The notes under the pieces were generated by a model. It did no database searches. It was not told the DNA's origin and saw only the letters and a list, made by a program, of their open reading frames with translations. The position numbers and the translations under genes were made by a program. Shown in pieces: positions 30,042 to 40,223 of a stretch of DNA of 64,000 bases. The number at the start of each line of letters is the position of its first letter. Position 1 is the first letter of the stretch. The stretch is from an uncultured Planctomycetota bacterium (GTDB lineage Bacteria; Planctomycetota; Planctomycetia; Isosphaerales; Isosphaeraceae), in NCBI GenBank assembly GCA_963823665.1, contig CAWGMQ010000004.1, forward strand, positions 1,088,001 to 1,152,000. Direction: 5' to 3'.

Positions 30042-30096
30042 GTCAGGCTAAAGCCTAACCTACTCGGGGAATGCGTCAGGCTAAAGCCTGACCTAC
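30042..30096 (-). repeat. Two tandem GTAG-type REP elements (GTAGGTCAGGCTTTAGCCTGAC)
   Basis: Copies at 30042-30063 and 30075-30096; further copies at 52150, 59531, 63046 and 63107. Confidence 0.75.
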
Positions 30097-30097
30097 T

Positions 30098-31975
30098 TCA
30101 GGTGACTGATGGATTGCGCTTGCGTCCGCGGGCGGGATCGACGGGGTCTCCCTCGGGGAGGGTCGGCGCCGTGCGGGTGATGGCCAGTTGGGGGAGGCGG
30201 GGGTGCGGCTCGATTCGCTTTGCCTTGGTGAGATCGATTCGCTCATCGGCCAGGGTCACTTCGAACTTGCGGTTGCCGGGGAGCAAGAGCGGAATGCGAA
30301 CGGTGAAGGTGCTGCCTTGACCGGCCTGGCTTTCGAGCTGGACATCGCCGCCCAAGAGCTTGGTGAGCTCTCGAACGATCGAGAGGCCCAGACCGGTTCC
30401 GTGGTACTCGCGGGTGAGGACGTTGTCGGCCTGGCCTGGGAGCTTGGCCTGGCGGAATTTCTCGAAGATCGTTTCGCGGTCTTCCTCGGCGATGCCGATT
30501 CCGGTGTCCTGCACTTCGACGACCATGAAGCGAGCTTCGGCGCGGGCACGCAAGGTGACTCGACCGCCCTCGGGCGTGAACTTGATTGCGTTCGAGAGGA
30601 GGTTGTAGATGATTTGCTTGAGTTTTCCCGGGTCCTGGCGCAGCAGCGGGATCGCCTCGTCGATCTTGCATTCCAGTGTGATGTTCTTGCGCTCGGCGAT
30701 CGGCCTGCACAAGTTTGCCAGGGCCTCGCAGACGTCGCGGACCGAGAAGTCTTCGCTGCGAACCTCCATCTTGCCGCTCTCGATCTTGGCGAGGTCCAAG
30801 ATGTCGTTGATCATCGAAAGGAGCATCTTGCCGGAAGACTGGATGTTGCCGGCGTAGCGGCGGTGGCGCTCGTTGAGCTGGTCGGCCCCGGCGAGGACCT
30901 CGGAAAAACCGATGATCGAATTGAGCGGCGTGCGGAGCTCGTGGCTCATGGTCGCCAGGAAGTCGCTCTTCAAGCGATTCATCTCGAAGAGCGCCAGGTT
31001 GGCCTGGGCGAGTTCGTCGACTTTCTTGTCGAGATCGTTGTTCAGCTCGCGCAGGGCCTGCTGCATGGCGACCAGGTTGTAAAGCATCCGGTTGAATGCG
31101 TGTGAAAGCTCTTCGAACTCGTCGCCGGTTTCGATGCGGCTGCGAATCGTGAGCCGGCCCGCGGCGATGGCGTCGGAAACGTCTCGCAGGTGCTTGACCG
31201 GCTTGACGATCACGTACCGGACGATGATGTACGAGGAGAGCATGGCCACGATCGCGGTGATGAGTGCCGCCGTGATCAGCATCGCCCGATTCAGGTTGAT
31301 GGCGTTGATCGTCTGCTCCATCGGCAGATTCACGACAACGGCTCCGGCCAGATCGCCGACTTTCGCGGGGACCCAGTGCTCGCCGTCAGCGGCCAGCCTG
31401 CTCAGGTGATCGTCCAGAGGGATATCTTTGCCGTCGTCATCCGTACCGTGACAGGCCATGAGGCAATTGGGCTTAAAATACACGGCCTCGATGTACTGGT
31501 ACTCTTTCTTGCCGTTGATGTTGCGATCGTACCACTGGGGAAGCCCCTTCGCCGGCGATTTGACCGACTTGCGCTTGGGGTCGGGCTCGGCGGCGGGCTC
31601 GAGGAATTTCTTGAGAGCTGTGCGCTCAAAATCGTCTTCAGGTTGGCGGGACGGATTCTTGAATGAGTCAGGGCCGAGAATGCGTGCCTTGTAGTTTGGA
31701 AAATCTTGAATCGGACGGAAACCTGCAGAGAGGGCGTCGATCATCAGCTCGAAGTTCGAATTCCCGGTCATCTTGACGTGAAATTCAAACAATGAGGGGT
31801 TCACGAGCAGCCGCGCGGTCTGTGTGGTCTGATTCAAGACCAGGTGCTCGGTCTTCTGGCCGTACCAGAAGAAGCTGCCGGACACCAGCACGAGGATACC
31901 CAGCCCGAAGATGAAGCGGCATTTCCGCTCCAGGCTGGTTTCGCCGAGCAAGTGTTTGAAGCTTCGGTACGACAC
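30098..31975 (-). CDS. HAMP-domain sensor histidine kinase with putative heme-binding periplasmic domain
   Basis: Two TMs, periplasmic CLMACH, HAMP, MSHELRTPLNSI, NLLSNAIKFT and GTGLGL. Confidence 0.9.
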   Translation of the reverse strand: MSYRSFKHLLGETSLERKCRFIFGLGILVLVSGSFFWYGQKTEHLVLNQTTQTARLLVNPSLFEFHVKMTGNSNFELMIDALSAGFRPIQDFPNYKARILGPDSFKNPSRQPEDDFERTALKKFLEPAAEPDPKRKSVKSPAKGLPQWYDRNINGKKEYQYIEAVYFKPNCLMACHGTDDDGKDIPLDDHLSRLAADGEHWVPAKVGDLAGAVVVNLPMEQTINAINLNRAMLITAALITAIVAMLSSYIIVRYVIVKPVKHLRDVSDAIAAGRLTIRSRIETGDEFEELSHAFNRMLYNLVAMQQALRELNNDLDKKVDELAQANLALFEMNRLKSDFLATMSHELRTPLNSIIGFSEVLAGADQLNERHRRYAGNIQSSGKMLLSMINDILDLAKIESGKMEVRSEDFSVRDVCEALANLCRPIAERKNITLECKIDEAIPLLRQDPGKLKQIIYNLLSNAIKFTPEGGRVTLRARAEARFMVVEVQDTGIGIAEEDRETIFEKFRQAKLPGQADNVLTREYHGTGLGLSIVRELTKLLGGDVQLESQAGQGSTFTVRIPLLLPGNRKFEVTLADERIDLTKAKRIEPHPRLPQLAITRTAPTLPEGDPVDPARGRKRNPSVT

Positions 31976-32230
31976 GGGCCTTTACCCTTGGGACCAGGGT
32001 CCGCGGTCGGAGCGGCCTCGGCGCGCCTTATCGCGGCCGGGGGCACTTCGATTGCACGGCCCCGCGCGCATCACGGAGTGGAAGCTCCTTTTTACACGAA
32101 ACCGGCATTTCGGGCCAGAGAGAGTGGACTGGCCCAGGGATTCCGGAGTATTTTCCGCGTTCGTGAGACTGCGCGGCAATGCATTGCGCCTATCCAGGAG
32201 GAAAAGAGCTTCATTACAGGTACTGCCGTC

Positions 32231-35200
32231 ATGCCCGTCGATCCTCGCCGCGTCAAAGTGCTATTCAACGCCGCCCTTGATCTGCCCCAAGCCATCGACC
32301 GAGTCGCCTTCCTCGACCGGGAGTGTGCCGGGGACCGAGAATTGAGGCTGCGGCTGGACGTACTCATGGCCGCGCACGACTTGCCCGCAAGCGAGCTCGA
32401 GCGCGCGCTGCCGGTGGCGGTGGAGGGTATTCCCTTTGCGGCCGCAGCTCGGACGGCCGCCGCCTCGGAGGCGCTCGCCGGCGATGGCGATCAAACGGCG
32501 AGTCGTCGGGTGGCCGCTTCTGAGCCGGATTCGCTCATCGGCAGCGTGATCGCCGGACGTTACAAGCTGCGGCAGGAGATCGGTGAAGGGGGAATGGGGT
32601 CGGTTTACCTCGCGGAGCAGACCCAGCCCGTGAAACGGCAGGTGGCTTTGAAGCTGATCAAGCCGGGAATGGATTCACGGACGGTCCTGGCCCGGTTCGA
32701 GTCCGAGCGGCAGGCCCTGGCGCTCCTGGACCACCCGCACATTGCCAAGATTTTCGACGCCGGCACCACGGACGCGGGCCGGCCGTTCTTCGTGATGGAG
32801 CTGGTCAAGGGCATCCCGATCACGGAATTCTGCGACGGGCACCGCCTGGCCGTGACGGAGCGCCTGGCCCTGTTCCGTCAGATCTGCTCGGCCGTACAGC
32901 ACGCGCACCAGAAAGGGATCATTCACCGTGACTTGAAGCCGACCAACATCCTGGTGGAAAGTCACGATGGCCAGCCGGTGCCCAAGGTCATCGACTTCGG
33001 ATTGGCCAAGGCCACCAGCGGCTTGCAGCTCTCGGAGCACAGCGTGTTCACGGCATTCGGCACGGTCGCTGGGACACCGCTCTACATGGCGCCCGAGCAG
33101 GCTGCATTCAACGCGCTGGACATCGACACGCGGGCCGATATTTACGCGCTTGGGGTCGTTCTTTACGAGATCTTGACCGGCAGCACGCCGATCCGTCGCG
33201 AGACATTCCGGCAAGCGGCACTCGAGGAGATGCTGCGATTGATCCGCGAAGTCGAGCCCCCGACGCCCAGCAGCCGCATCAGCACGTCGGACACCCTGCC
33301 CTCCATTGCCGCGACGAGGCAGATCGAGCCGGCGAAGCTGAGCCGGTTCGTGCGCGGCGAACTGGACTGGATCGTGATGAAGGCGCTCGCCAAGGAGCGG
33401 AACAGGAGGTACGAGTCGGCGATCGCGCTGGCCCAGGATATCGAGCGATTCGGCAACCACGAGCCGGTGGCGGCAGGGCCGCCGAGTGCGGCTTACCGGT
33501 TCCGGAAATTCGCGCGCAGGCATCGTTTCGCGCTGGCAACGGGTGGAGCATTCGCTGCCTTGCTCGTCGCCGCGGCGGCCGGCGGAACGGGTCTTGCATT
33601 GTGGGCCGACCGCCAGCGGGTTCGCGCGGTTTCCGCCGAGCATCTGGCCGAGGAGGAGCAAGCCCGCGCCCAGGAGCGCGAACAGATGGCGATCGACGCG
33701 GTGCGGCGCTATGGCGACGTCGTGGGCGAAAACCTCGAGCTCAAGAGCAACCCCGGTCTGGCCAAGCTCCGCGCGACGCTGCTGAAGGAGCCCCAGGCAT
33801 TCTTCCAGCGGCTGCGGGACCGGCTGCAAGCCGATCGAGAGACGACTCAGAAGTCGCTAGCCCGATTGGCGGAGGCGAACTTCGACCTCGGTAAGCTCTC
33901 CGACGAGATCGGAAATAAAGAGGACGCTTTGAAAGCCTTTGAGGAATCACTGGCGATCTGGGAACCGCTGGCGAGTGAGAACGCATCAATCGCCGCGTTC
34001 CAGGACAAGCTTGCGACGATTCACAACGCCATCGGCGTGCTCCAGAAAGCAACGGGGCGGCTGTCGGATGCACTCAAGTCTTACGAGCGCACTGCGCGAT
34101 CCGGGAGCGACTGGTCCGCGAAGAACCGTCGTCAACTCCTTTCCAGGGCGCGCTGGCCGACTGCTACGACAACATCGGCGTATTACACGGGGGCACGCGT
34201 CAAGCGGGCGAGGCCGTCGCCTGGTTCGAGCGAGCACGCGCGATTCGTGAGCGCCTGGCGGAGAAAAACCCCTCGATGATGCAGTTGCAGATGGGTCTGG
34301 CGCGCAGCTATACGAACCTCGCCGTTCGCCAGTTTGAGTCCACGCGGTATGCAGAGGCACTGGAGTTGAGTGAACGCGCCCGGGCTCTGTGCGAGCGGAT
34401 CGTGCATGAGCACCCGTCGGTCATCGACTGCCGGACCCTGCTTGCGAACAATCTCCACAACATGGCTCTCGTCAAACGCTTGACGGCCCGGTTGGCCGAG
34501 GCCATCGCGCTTGAAGGACAAGCCATCGCGATCCGCGAGAAACTCGCGAGCGACAATCCGTCGGTCACGGGACTCCAGCGCGATCTGGCCGCGAGCCACA
34601 ACAACATTGGGGGCCTCAAACGCGAGGCAGGCAGGCCGACCGAGGCCATCGAGGCATACGAGCGGGCCCGCGTGATCAGCGAGAAGCTGGCGCGAGCACC
34701 CGACGGTCAGCGAGTTCCAGGTGGACCATGCGGGGAGCCTCAGCAGTATCGGCAACCAACTGCGCACGATGGGGCGCGGCGCAGGCGGCGGCGACCTTCG
34801 AGCAGGCGCGGGCAATCTGGGAGCGGCAGGCGCGTGATCATCCCGAGTCGCCCGATTTCGCGAGCGGACTGGGTGCGGTCTTGAACAATATCGCCATGAT
34901 CGAGACGGACGGGCACGAATTTGAAAAAGCCCGAGCCACGCTGGGGCAGGCGATCGAATGGCAGCGCAAGGCCCTGGAGGCGAATTCGAGTCACCCTGTG
35001 TACCGGAACTTCCTGTCGAACCATCTGCACAACATGGTCATTGCCGCGGAAGGTCTTGGCCGCAGCGATCTAGCCGAGCAGGCCCGCGCTGAGCTTGCCG
35101 GGCTGACCGCGGGCGACCCCGGGAAGGCGGGCGTCGATGCACGGCTCTTCGCGGTGCTCGCCGGGAAGGAATCGCCCAAAAGCGACGCCGAGCGAATCGG

Positions 35201-35645
35201 GCTTGCTGTTCGAGCGTATGAGAAATCGCTGCACGCGGCATCGGCCCGGCTCTACGCCGCGGCTCTTGCAGGTGATCCGAAGCTCACTGGCGATCGCAGG
35301 GCCCAGCATGCTTATAACGCCGCGTGCGCGGCCGCGCTCGCCGGCACAGGTCACGGCAAGGATGACCCGCCGCCGGACGAGACCGCCAAGGCCAAGCTGC
35401 GCGATCAGTGCCGCGAATGGCTCAAGGGCGAGCTCGGCGCCTGGGGGAAATTCCTCGATGGCGGACGGGCCGAGACCAGGTCTGTTGTGACGCAGGTGCT
35501 CAAGCACTGGAAATCCGACGGCGACCTGGCCGGCGTTCGCGACGACATCGAACTGGCCAAATTACCTGAAGGCGAGCGCGCCGCCTTCAGGCAGGTGTGG
35601 AACAACGTCAATCAGCTTCTCGTCCGAGCTGGCGGGGGCAAGTAG
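32231..35645 (+). CDS. Ser/Thr protein kinase with TPR repeats (frameshifts near 34090 and 34700-34790)
   Basis: IGEGGMG, VALK, HRDLKPTN, IDFGLAK and GTPLYMAPEQ, then TM and TPRs; the C-terminus is in ORF 34728..35645. Confidence 0.85.
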
Positions 35646-35714
35646 CCCATTGTCTCTTTTCTGAGACTCGCGAATGATCGCGTATCCGGCACGGTTCCGG
35701 TGGAAGCGTTGCAT

Positions 35715-36485
35715 CTAAGCCGACGTCGGGTTCTCTTGTGGTGGTGAGCCGTGTTCGACGAAGTATTGAAAATCCCTTGGGCAGACGTCCCATGCCGCCA
35801 TGTACGATTTTTCGAGCGGCACGTCGACGTAGAGATCGGGGTCCATCCAGGCGGGCATGTCACGTAGTTGAGAACCGAGGCGGAGCGGTTCGATGAACGC
35901 TTCCGGCGTGAATTCAACGAGGGGCGCGGCCGCGCGGTAGGAGACGAGAAGGAGCGGTTCGTCGGCGGGTAGCTCGAAAGGGATGTCTTCGTCGAACTCA
36001 TCCCAGATGAGCTTATGCAGGCTGTGCGGGTCTTGCGGGCCCGGTGGGAAAGGATCGACAACAAGAAGATTGATCCCGCGTCTCAGGAAGTCGCCCGCTT
36101 TGGCAACGAACCCCCGGGTGGCGAGTTTGCCGTTCTTATTCCCCGGGGAGACGACTTCGATCAACGAGACGACTTCCCCGAGCTGGTGGCGGATCGTGAT
36201 CCGGTTGGCTCGCTCGTGAAACCTGGCCTCGCGGGGTTGCACGACCATCCGCGTGCGTGGGGGCGCCAACGTCATCGTCTCTTTTTCTGAGCGAGAGGGT
36301 TTTGCGCTGGGAAGTTGCACTTTCAACCCGTCGGGATGAAGTTCGGACGAGTATTGCTCCACGAGTGCGGAATACCCTTCAGGCAGCATACCGGCATTGA
36401 GCGCGTCGCAGATCGCGATCGTCCAGTGCTGGTGAAAGTGGTGGTATATCGTGGCCGGAACACGTTTCCAGTTGTGCATAGGCAT
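35715..36485 (-). CDS. DUF4058 family protein
   Basis: MPMHNWKRV..YHHFHQHW, IEVVSPGNK, LLVVDPFPP and PLEKSY motifs. Confidence 0.85.
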   Translation of the reverse strand: MPMHNWKRVPATIYHHFHQHWTIAICDALNAGMLPEGYSALVEQYSSELHPDGLKVQLPSAKPSRSEKETMTLAPPRTRMVVQPREARFHERANRITIRHQLGEVVSLIEVVSPGNKNGKLATRGFVAKAGDFLRRGINLLVVDPFPPGPQDPHSLHKLIWDEFDEDIPFELPADEPLLLVSYRAAAPLVEFTPEAFIEPLRLGSQLRDMPAWMDPDLYVDVPLEKSYMAAWDVCPRDFQYFVEHGSPPQENPTSA

Positions 36486-36548
36486 GGCAGAGCCTCCATT
36501 TGAATCATACCAACGCGGAGGGCTTGATTCACGGGCTTCTCTGGCTTA

Positions 36549-36771
36549 GGAACAGGTCGGAAACAACTTCCGCCGATTCACGCCAAGCGCGCCGCGGAGC
36601 GGCACAAAGACCTTTCCGACGCGGCGCGTCGGAACGAGGGCTTTCGTTCGATTTACGTCAAGCGCGCCGCGGAGCGGCACAAAGACCGTTCCGACGCGGC
36701 GCGTCGGAACGAGGGCTTTCGTTCGTGGCGGAGTGGATACCGAAATCGGGAAGTTAATTCCGGGCTGTTCC
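36549..36771. mobile_element. MITE with imperfect ~23-bp TIRs, TTA target duplication and an internal 75-bp tandem duplication
   Basis: tta|GGAACAGGTCGGAAACAACTTCC ... GGAAGTTAATTCCGGGCTGTTCC|tta; internal units start at 36575 and 36650. Confidence 0.75.
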
Positions 36772-36903
36772 TTAGCGTCGCGATATTTCATTCGCGAAGT
36801 TTGAGCGGAAGGCTCCCCGAGCCGCTGGACGGCGCACTGCGACGCATGCCTTCGCATTGCGCCGTCCGATCGGCGGGGCGAGGGGTCGAGGGTTGGCCAG
36901 ACT

Positions 36904-39079
36904 CTATGGGAACGGGATGACCCCGGCGGCGACCAGCGACATGAAGTCGGCCAGCGTCCCCAGGCCGGCGGACCGCACGAGGACCGAATGGCCTTCCCGC
37001 TGGACTCGCATACTCTTCAAGAACGCCTGCGCCATCCGAAACGCTTTCTCTTCGCCGGCGCTACGGGGATTGGTTTTCGCGCTGGGCACCTCGAGATCTT
37101 TGCGCAGCACGTCGAGGATGTCTTCAATCGCTCGGGCTGTCGATTCACACGCGCCGCCGTCGGGGCAAGTGCCGATGCCCCGGAACACGATCTGGTCGTC
37201 GTCCTCAAGCCCGAGGGCCCAGAGGTCGGTGTGCTCGAGCGGAGACGTTACTGCGGATAATTGCGCATCCACAGGGCCATCGCCCTTGATGGGCTTCGCC
37301 AGGCGCCCCCCGCGATTGTCGAGGGCGATGAGGAAGAGGCCCCGGAGATACTGGTCCCAGTCCTTGCCCTGCGCGAATGCGGGTGCGGGGGGAGGAGTCG
37401 CACGGCGGAGCTGCTTGAGCAGCCGCCTCTCCGACTCGGCCGGGAGTGTTTCGCCGGTGAATACGAGAGTCCGGTCGTCAGGGCAGAAGAAGAGAACTTC
37501 CGGAACCAGCGGAGTATCCTTCCACCGGTAGTAGACCCGATCTCCGTCGTGCGCCTCGATGACGTCCATCTTGAACAGTCGAAGGAGCGCCACCCAGTCG
37601 ATCGGTTCGGTCGTCCGGATCGTCAACATTGTTGCGGCAAACCGCCCGTTCGGTTCCGGGCCCTTCGTACGGAAGACCCGCACACTGGCCGAGACCTGCT
37701 CGAAGAGGTCGACCGTCAACGGCTTCTGGCCCAGCTTAGTTGGGTCGAACTTCAGGGCGGTCGCGGCCTTCGCCCACTGCTGAGCGATCCACACATTGAT
37801 CATCGTTCGGTAGACGCCCATGCCCGAACGCCGGAACGCGGCCGCGGGCCGGAATGCCACGACGGCCTGCGAGTCGTCATCGGTGACGTACGACAGGTCA
37901 AGGGGCCTGGAAGACTCGCTCCCAGTACCCTCGACCGACAGGTTGGCGAGGACGTAATTCGTCCCCGAGACCGGAGGCGCGTTGGGGTCGTCCGCGAGGG
38001 CCGGCCCGTGGAGCAGCGACGCACCGGCTCCGACGGCCACAAGCAGTGACGCTGCCAGCGCCTGACACATGCGCGACCACGGCCGGTCCAGCGCCTTCGT
38101 TTCCTCGCGCAACATGGCGATCCTCCTGATCAAGGTCCCGCGCCGGCAGGAACGCCCTGGCCGGCCAGCATGGGAGACGTCCTTCCTGCCGCAGCGCCAG
38201 CCGCGACAGGCTTCGCAAGTATCGGGCCCTCCCGCCTGCAAACCGCGCCCCGAGCGCGTCGGCGGCCAGTTCTTGCTCCAGTCGGAGACGGGCTGCCAGC
38301 CAGTGCACCAGGGGGTGGTAGAAGTACAGGGCCATGGCGACCCGGGCCACTATTCCTGTGAGATAATCATCGCGGCGGATGTGCGCCAGCTCATGCGCAA
38401 GGACGGCCCGGCGCTCGTCGTCGTCCCACGACCGCCAGTCTTCGGGCAGCAGGATGACGTGGCTGCGCCACCCCGCAGTGGCCGGCGCGGTCAGGTCCGG
38501 TGACTCGCGAACGTCGACCCGGCGCCGGCAGACCATCGAGGCCAGAAGATCCGCCCACATGCGGCCAAGCTCGGGTTCCTTCACGGTCCGGCTCCGGCTC
38601 CGGAGGAGATGGACGGCCCAGAGGCCTGCGAGCAGCCGAAACAGTCCTCCAGCGGCCCCGATCAGGCAGGCAACCGCCAGGACCCTTCCCCAGGGCCGGC
38701 AGCATGCCGCCGGCTCGGCCGCCGTTCTTTCGAGGCGCTCCCAGACTTCCCGGAGCCTGGAGAGCGTCAGCCCTGGCCGGTCTTCCGCCGGCATATCCGC
38801 GGGCTGGGGCCCGGGTCCGCCCCCAGCCGAGGGGACCAGGACTGCGGGCGTGAGCGAGGCGCGCTGCACAGTGCGAGACTCGGCCGGGCTCGGTACCAAG
38901 CCCTGCAAGCCGAGCGACAGAAGGCCGACCACCACGGCAAGGCCGAGGCCAAACGACGAGACCCAGGCTCCAGAGGCGGGACTCCGCCGTGAAGCCAGAG
39001 CGTGGAGCGCCGCGGCCGCCAACAGGACGAGAGAGACCTGAATTGCGGACCAGATCAGCATCAGCCCCAGGTGGTTCAT
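36904..39079 (-). CDS. BlaR1/MecR1-like M56 metallopeptidase (frameshift near 38140)
   Basis: AVLAHELAHIRRDD, FYHPLVHW and EQELAAD motifs; continues into ORF 36904..38241. Confidence 0.85.
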
Positions 39080-39459
39080 TGGCCTTGCTCCTTCATAATC
39101 TCCTCAAGCAGGTCGCGCTCCTCGGCCGTAAGCGCCCGCTGCTCTACGAGCCGCTTGAGGAGTTGAGCACGCGAGCCGCGGAACACGCGCCCGAGCAGGT
39201 CCCCGAGGAGCCGGCCGGAGACATCCTCAAACGACCGAACGACTCGGTAACGGAACGGCTTATCCTTGTTCACCTGCCGGAGGAATCCCTTCTCGGCCAG
39301 CCCTCGCACGAGGTTGGCGATCGTCGGGTACGTCCTGTCGAGCCCCGAGACCGCGAGGTGGGCGCGCGCCTCCGCCGCCGTCGCCTCGCCGTGCCGCCAG
39401 AAGGCGTGCATGACCTCGAGCTCCCGTTCCGTCAGGTCTTTCGCAGGCGGGCGTCCCAT
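39076..39459 (-). CDS. BlaI/MecI/CopY family transcriptional repressor
   Basis: LTERELEVMHAFW..GEAT, TYPTI..L..KGFL; overlaps the start of the M56 gene. Confidence 0.9.
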   Translation of the reverse strand: MGRPPAKDLTERELEVMHAFWRHGEATAAEARAHLAVSGLDRTYPTIANLVRGLAEKGFLRQVNKDKPFRYRVVRSFEDVSGRLLGDLLGRVFRGSRAQLLKRLVEQRALTAEERDLLEEIMKEQGQ

Positions 39460-39478
39460 CCCACCGACCCCCCAGCCG

Positions 39479-39533
39479 ATTTGGTTTTCCGAATTTGGTT
39501 TTCCGAATCTAGCGACTCTGGCGATTTCGTCAA
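39479..39533 (-). promoter_or_regulatory. Sigma70 promoter (TTGACG-16 bp-TAGATT) with a 14-bp tandem repeat as candidate operator
   Basis: -35 at 39528-39533, -10 at 39506-39511; ATTTGGTTTTCCGA occurs twice at 39479-39506. Confidence 0.5.
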
Positions 39534-39593
39534 TGCCGTGTTGCTCTGCGAGGCGCAAGATCCGAGAGGTCGCGCGAGACTTCCGGAATTCGT

Positions 39594-39989
39594 TCATGCC
39601 TGCTTAGCGACCGCCGCACTGCTCTCGGCGACGAGGCGGTTCATCGCTTCGTCAGCCGGCCGGATCTCGAATGGCCCCATCCTGACCCCCGGGTGTTTCG
39701 ACATGAGCTCGATCGCGTGGTTCAAGTCGCGGGCTTCCAGCAGCAGGATTCCGCCGAGTGATTCCTTGGTCTCCGCGAACGGGCCATCGGTCACTGCGAT
39801 CGCCCCATCCTTCATGCTCAACGTGACCGCGTTACGGACGGAATCGAGCGATTCGCCTCCGAGGAAATGCCCGCCACGGCGAAGTTCATCGTCGTAGGCG
39901 AAGCACTCTTCGATCATTCTCTGTGCTTCTTGCTGCGGAATCTGTGCAAACTTCGACTCATCGATGAAACCTAAGCAGACGAATCTCAT
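39594..39989 (-). CDS. YciI family (DGPF domain) protein
   Basis: [15 protein letters not shown] motif. Confidence 0.9.
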   Translation of the reverse strand: MRFVCLGFIDESKFAQIPQQEAQRMIEECFAYDDELRRGGHFLGGESLDSVRNAVTLSMKDGAIAVTDGPFAETKESLGGILLLEARDLNHAIELMSKHPGVRMGPFEIRPADEAMNRLVAESSAAVAKQA

Positions 39990-40223
39990 GCGATTGCTCG
40001 TTTAATGGGTGCCCATTTGGAGTTGCTCGGCATTGACTGTTGCCAAGCTGTCTGCCACCAGTCGAATGGGGCAGGCCGCGATCGACAGCATAGCAGGAAT
40101 TCTCTCAAGGATTTTCAACTGCGTGCCCATTTACGGGCCATCGCGTGGCGCCTACGCCGAGTATCAATGTGGTCGCTGGGATTGAGTCCCGGCGACAGGC
40201 GAGTCGAGGGTGGTCGGCTGTCA

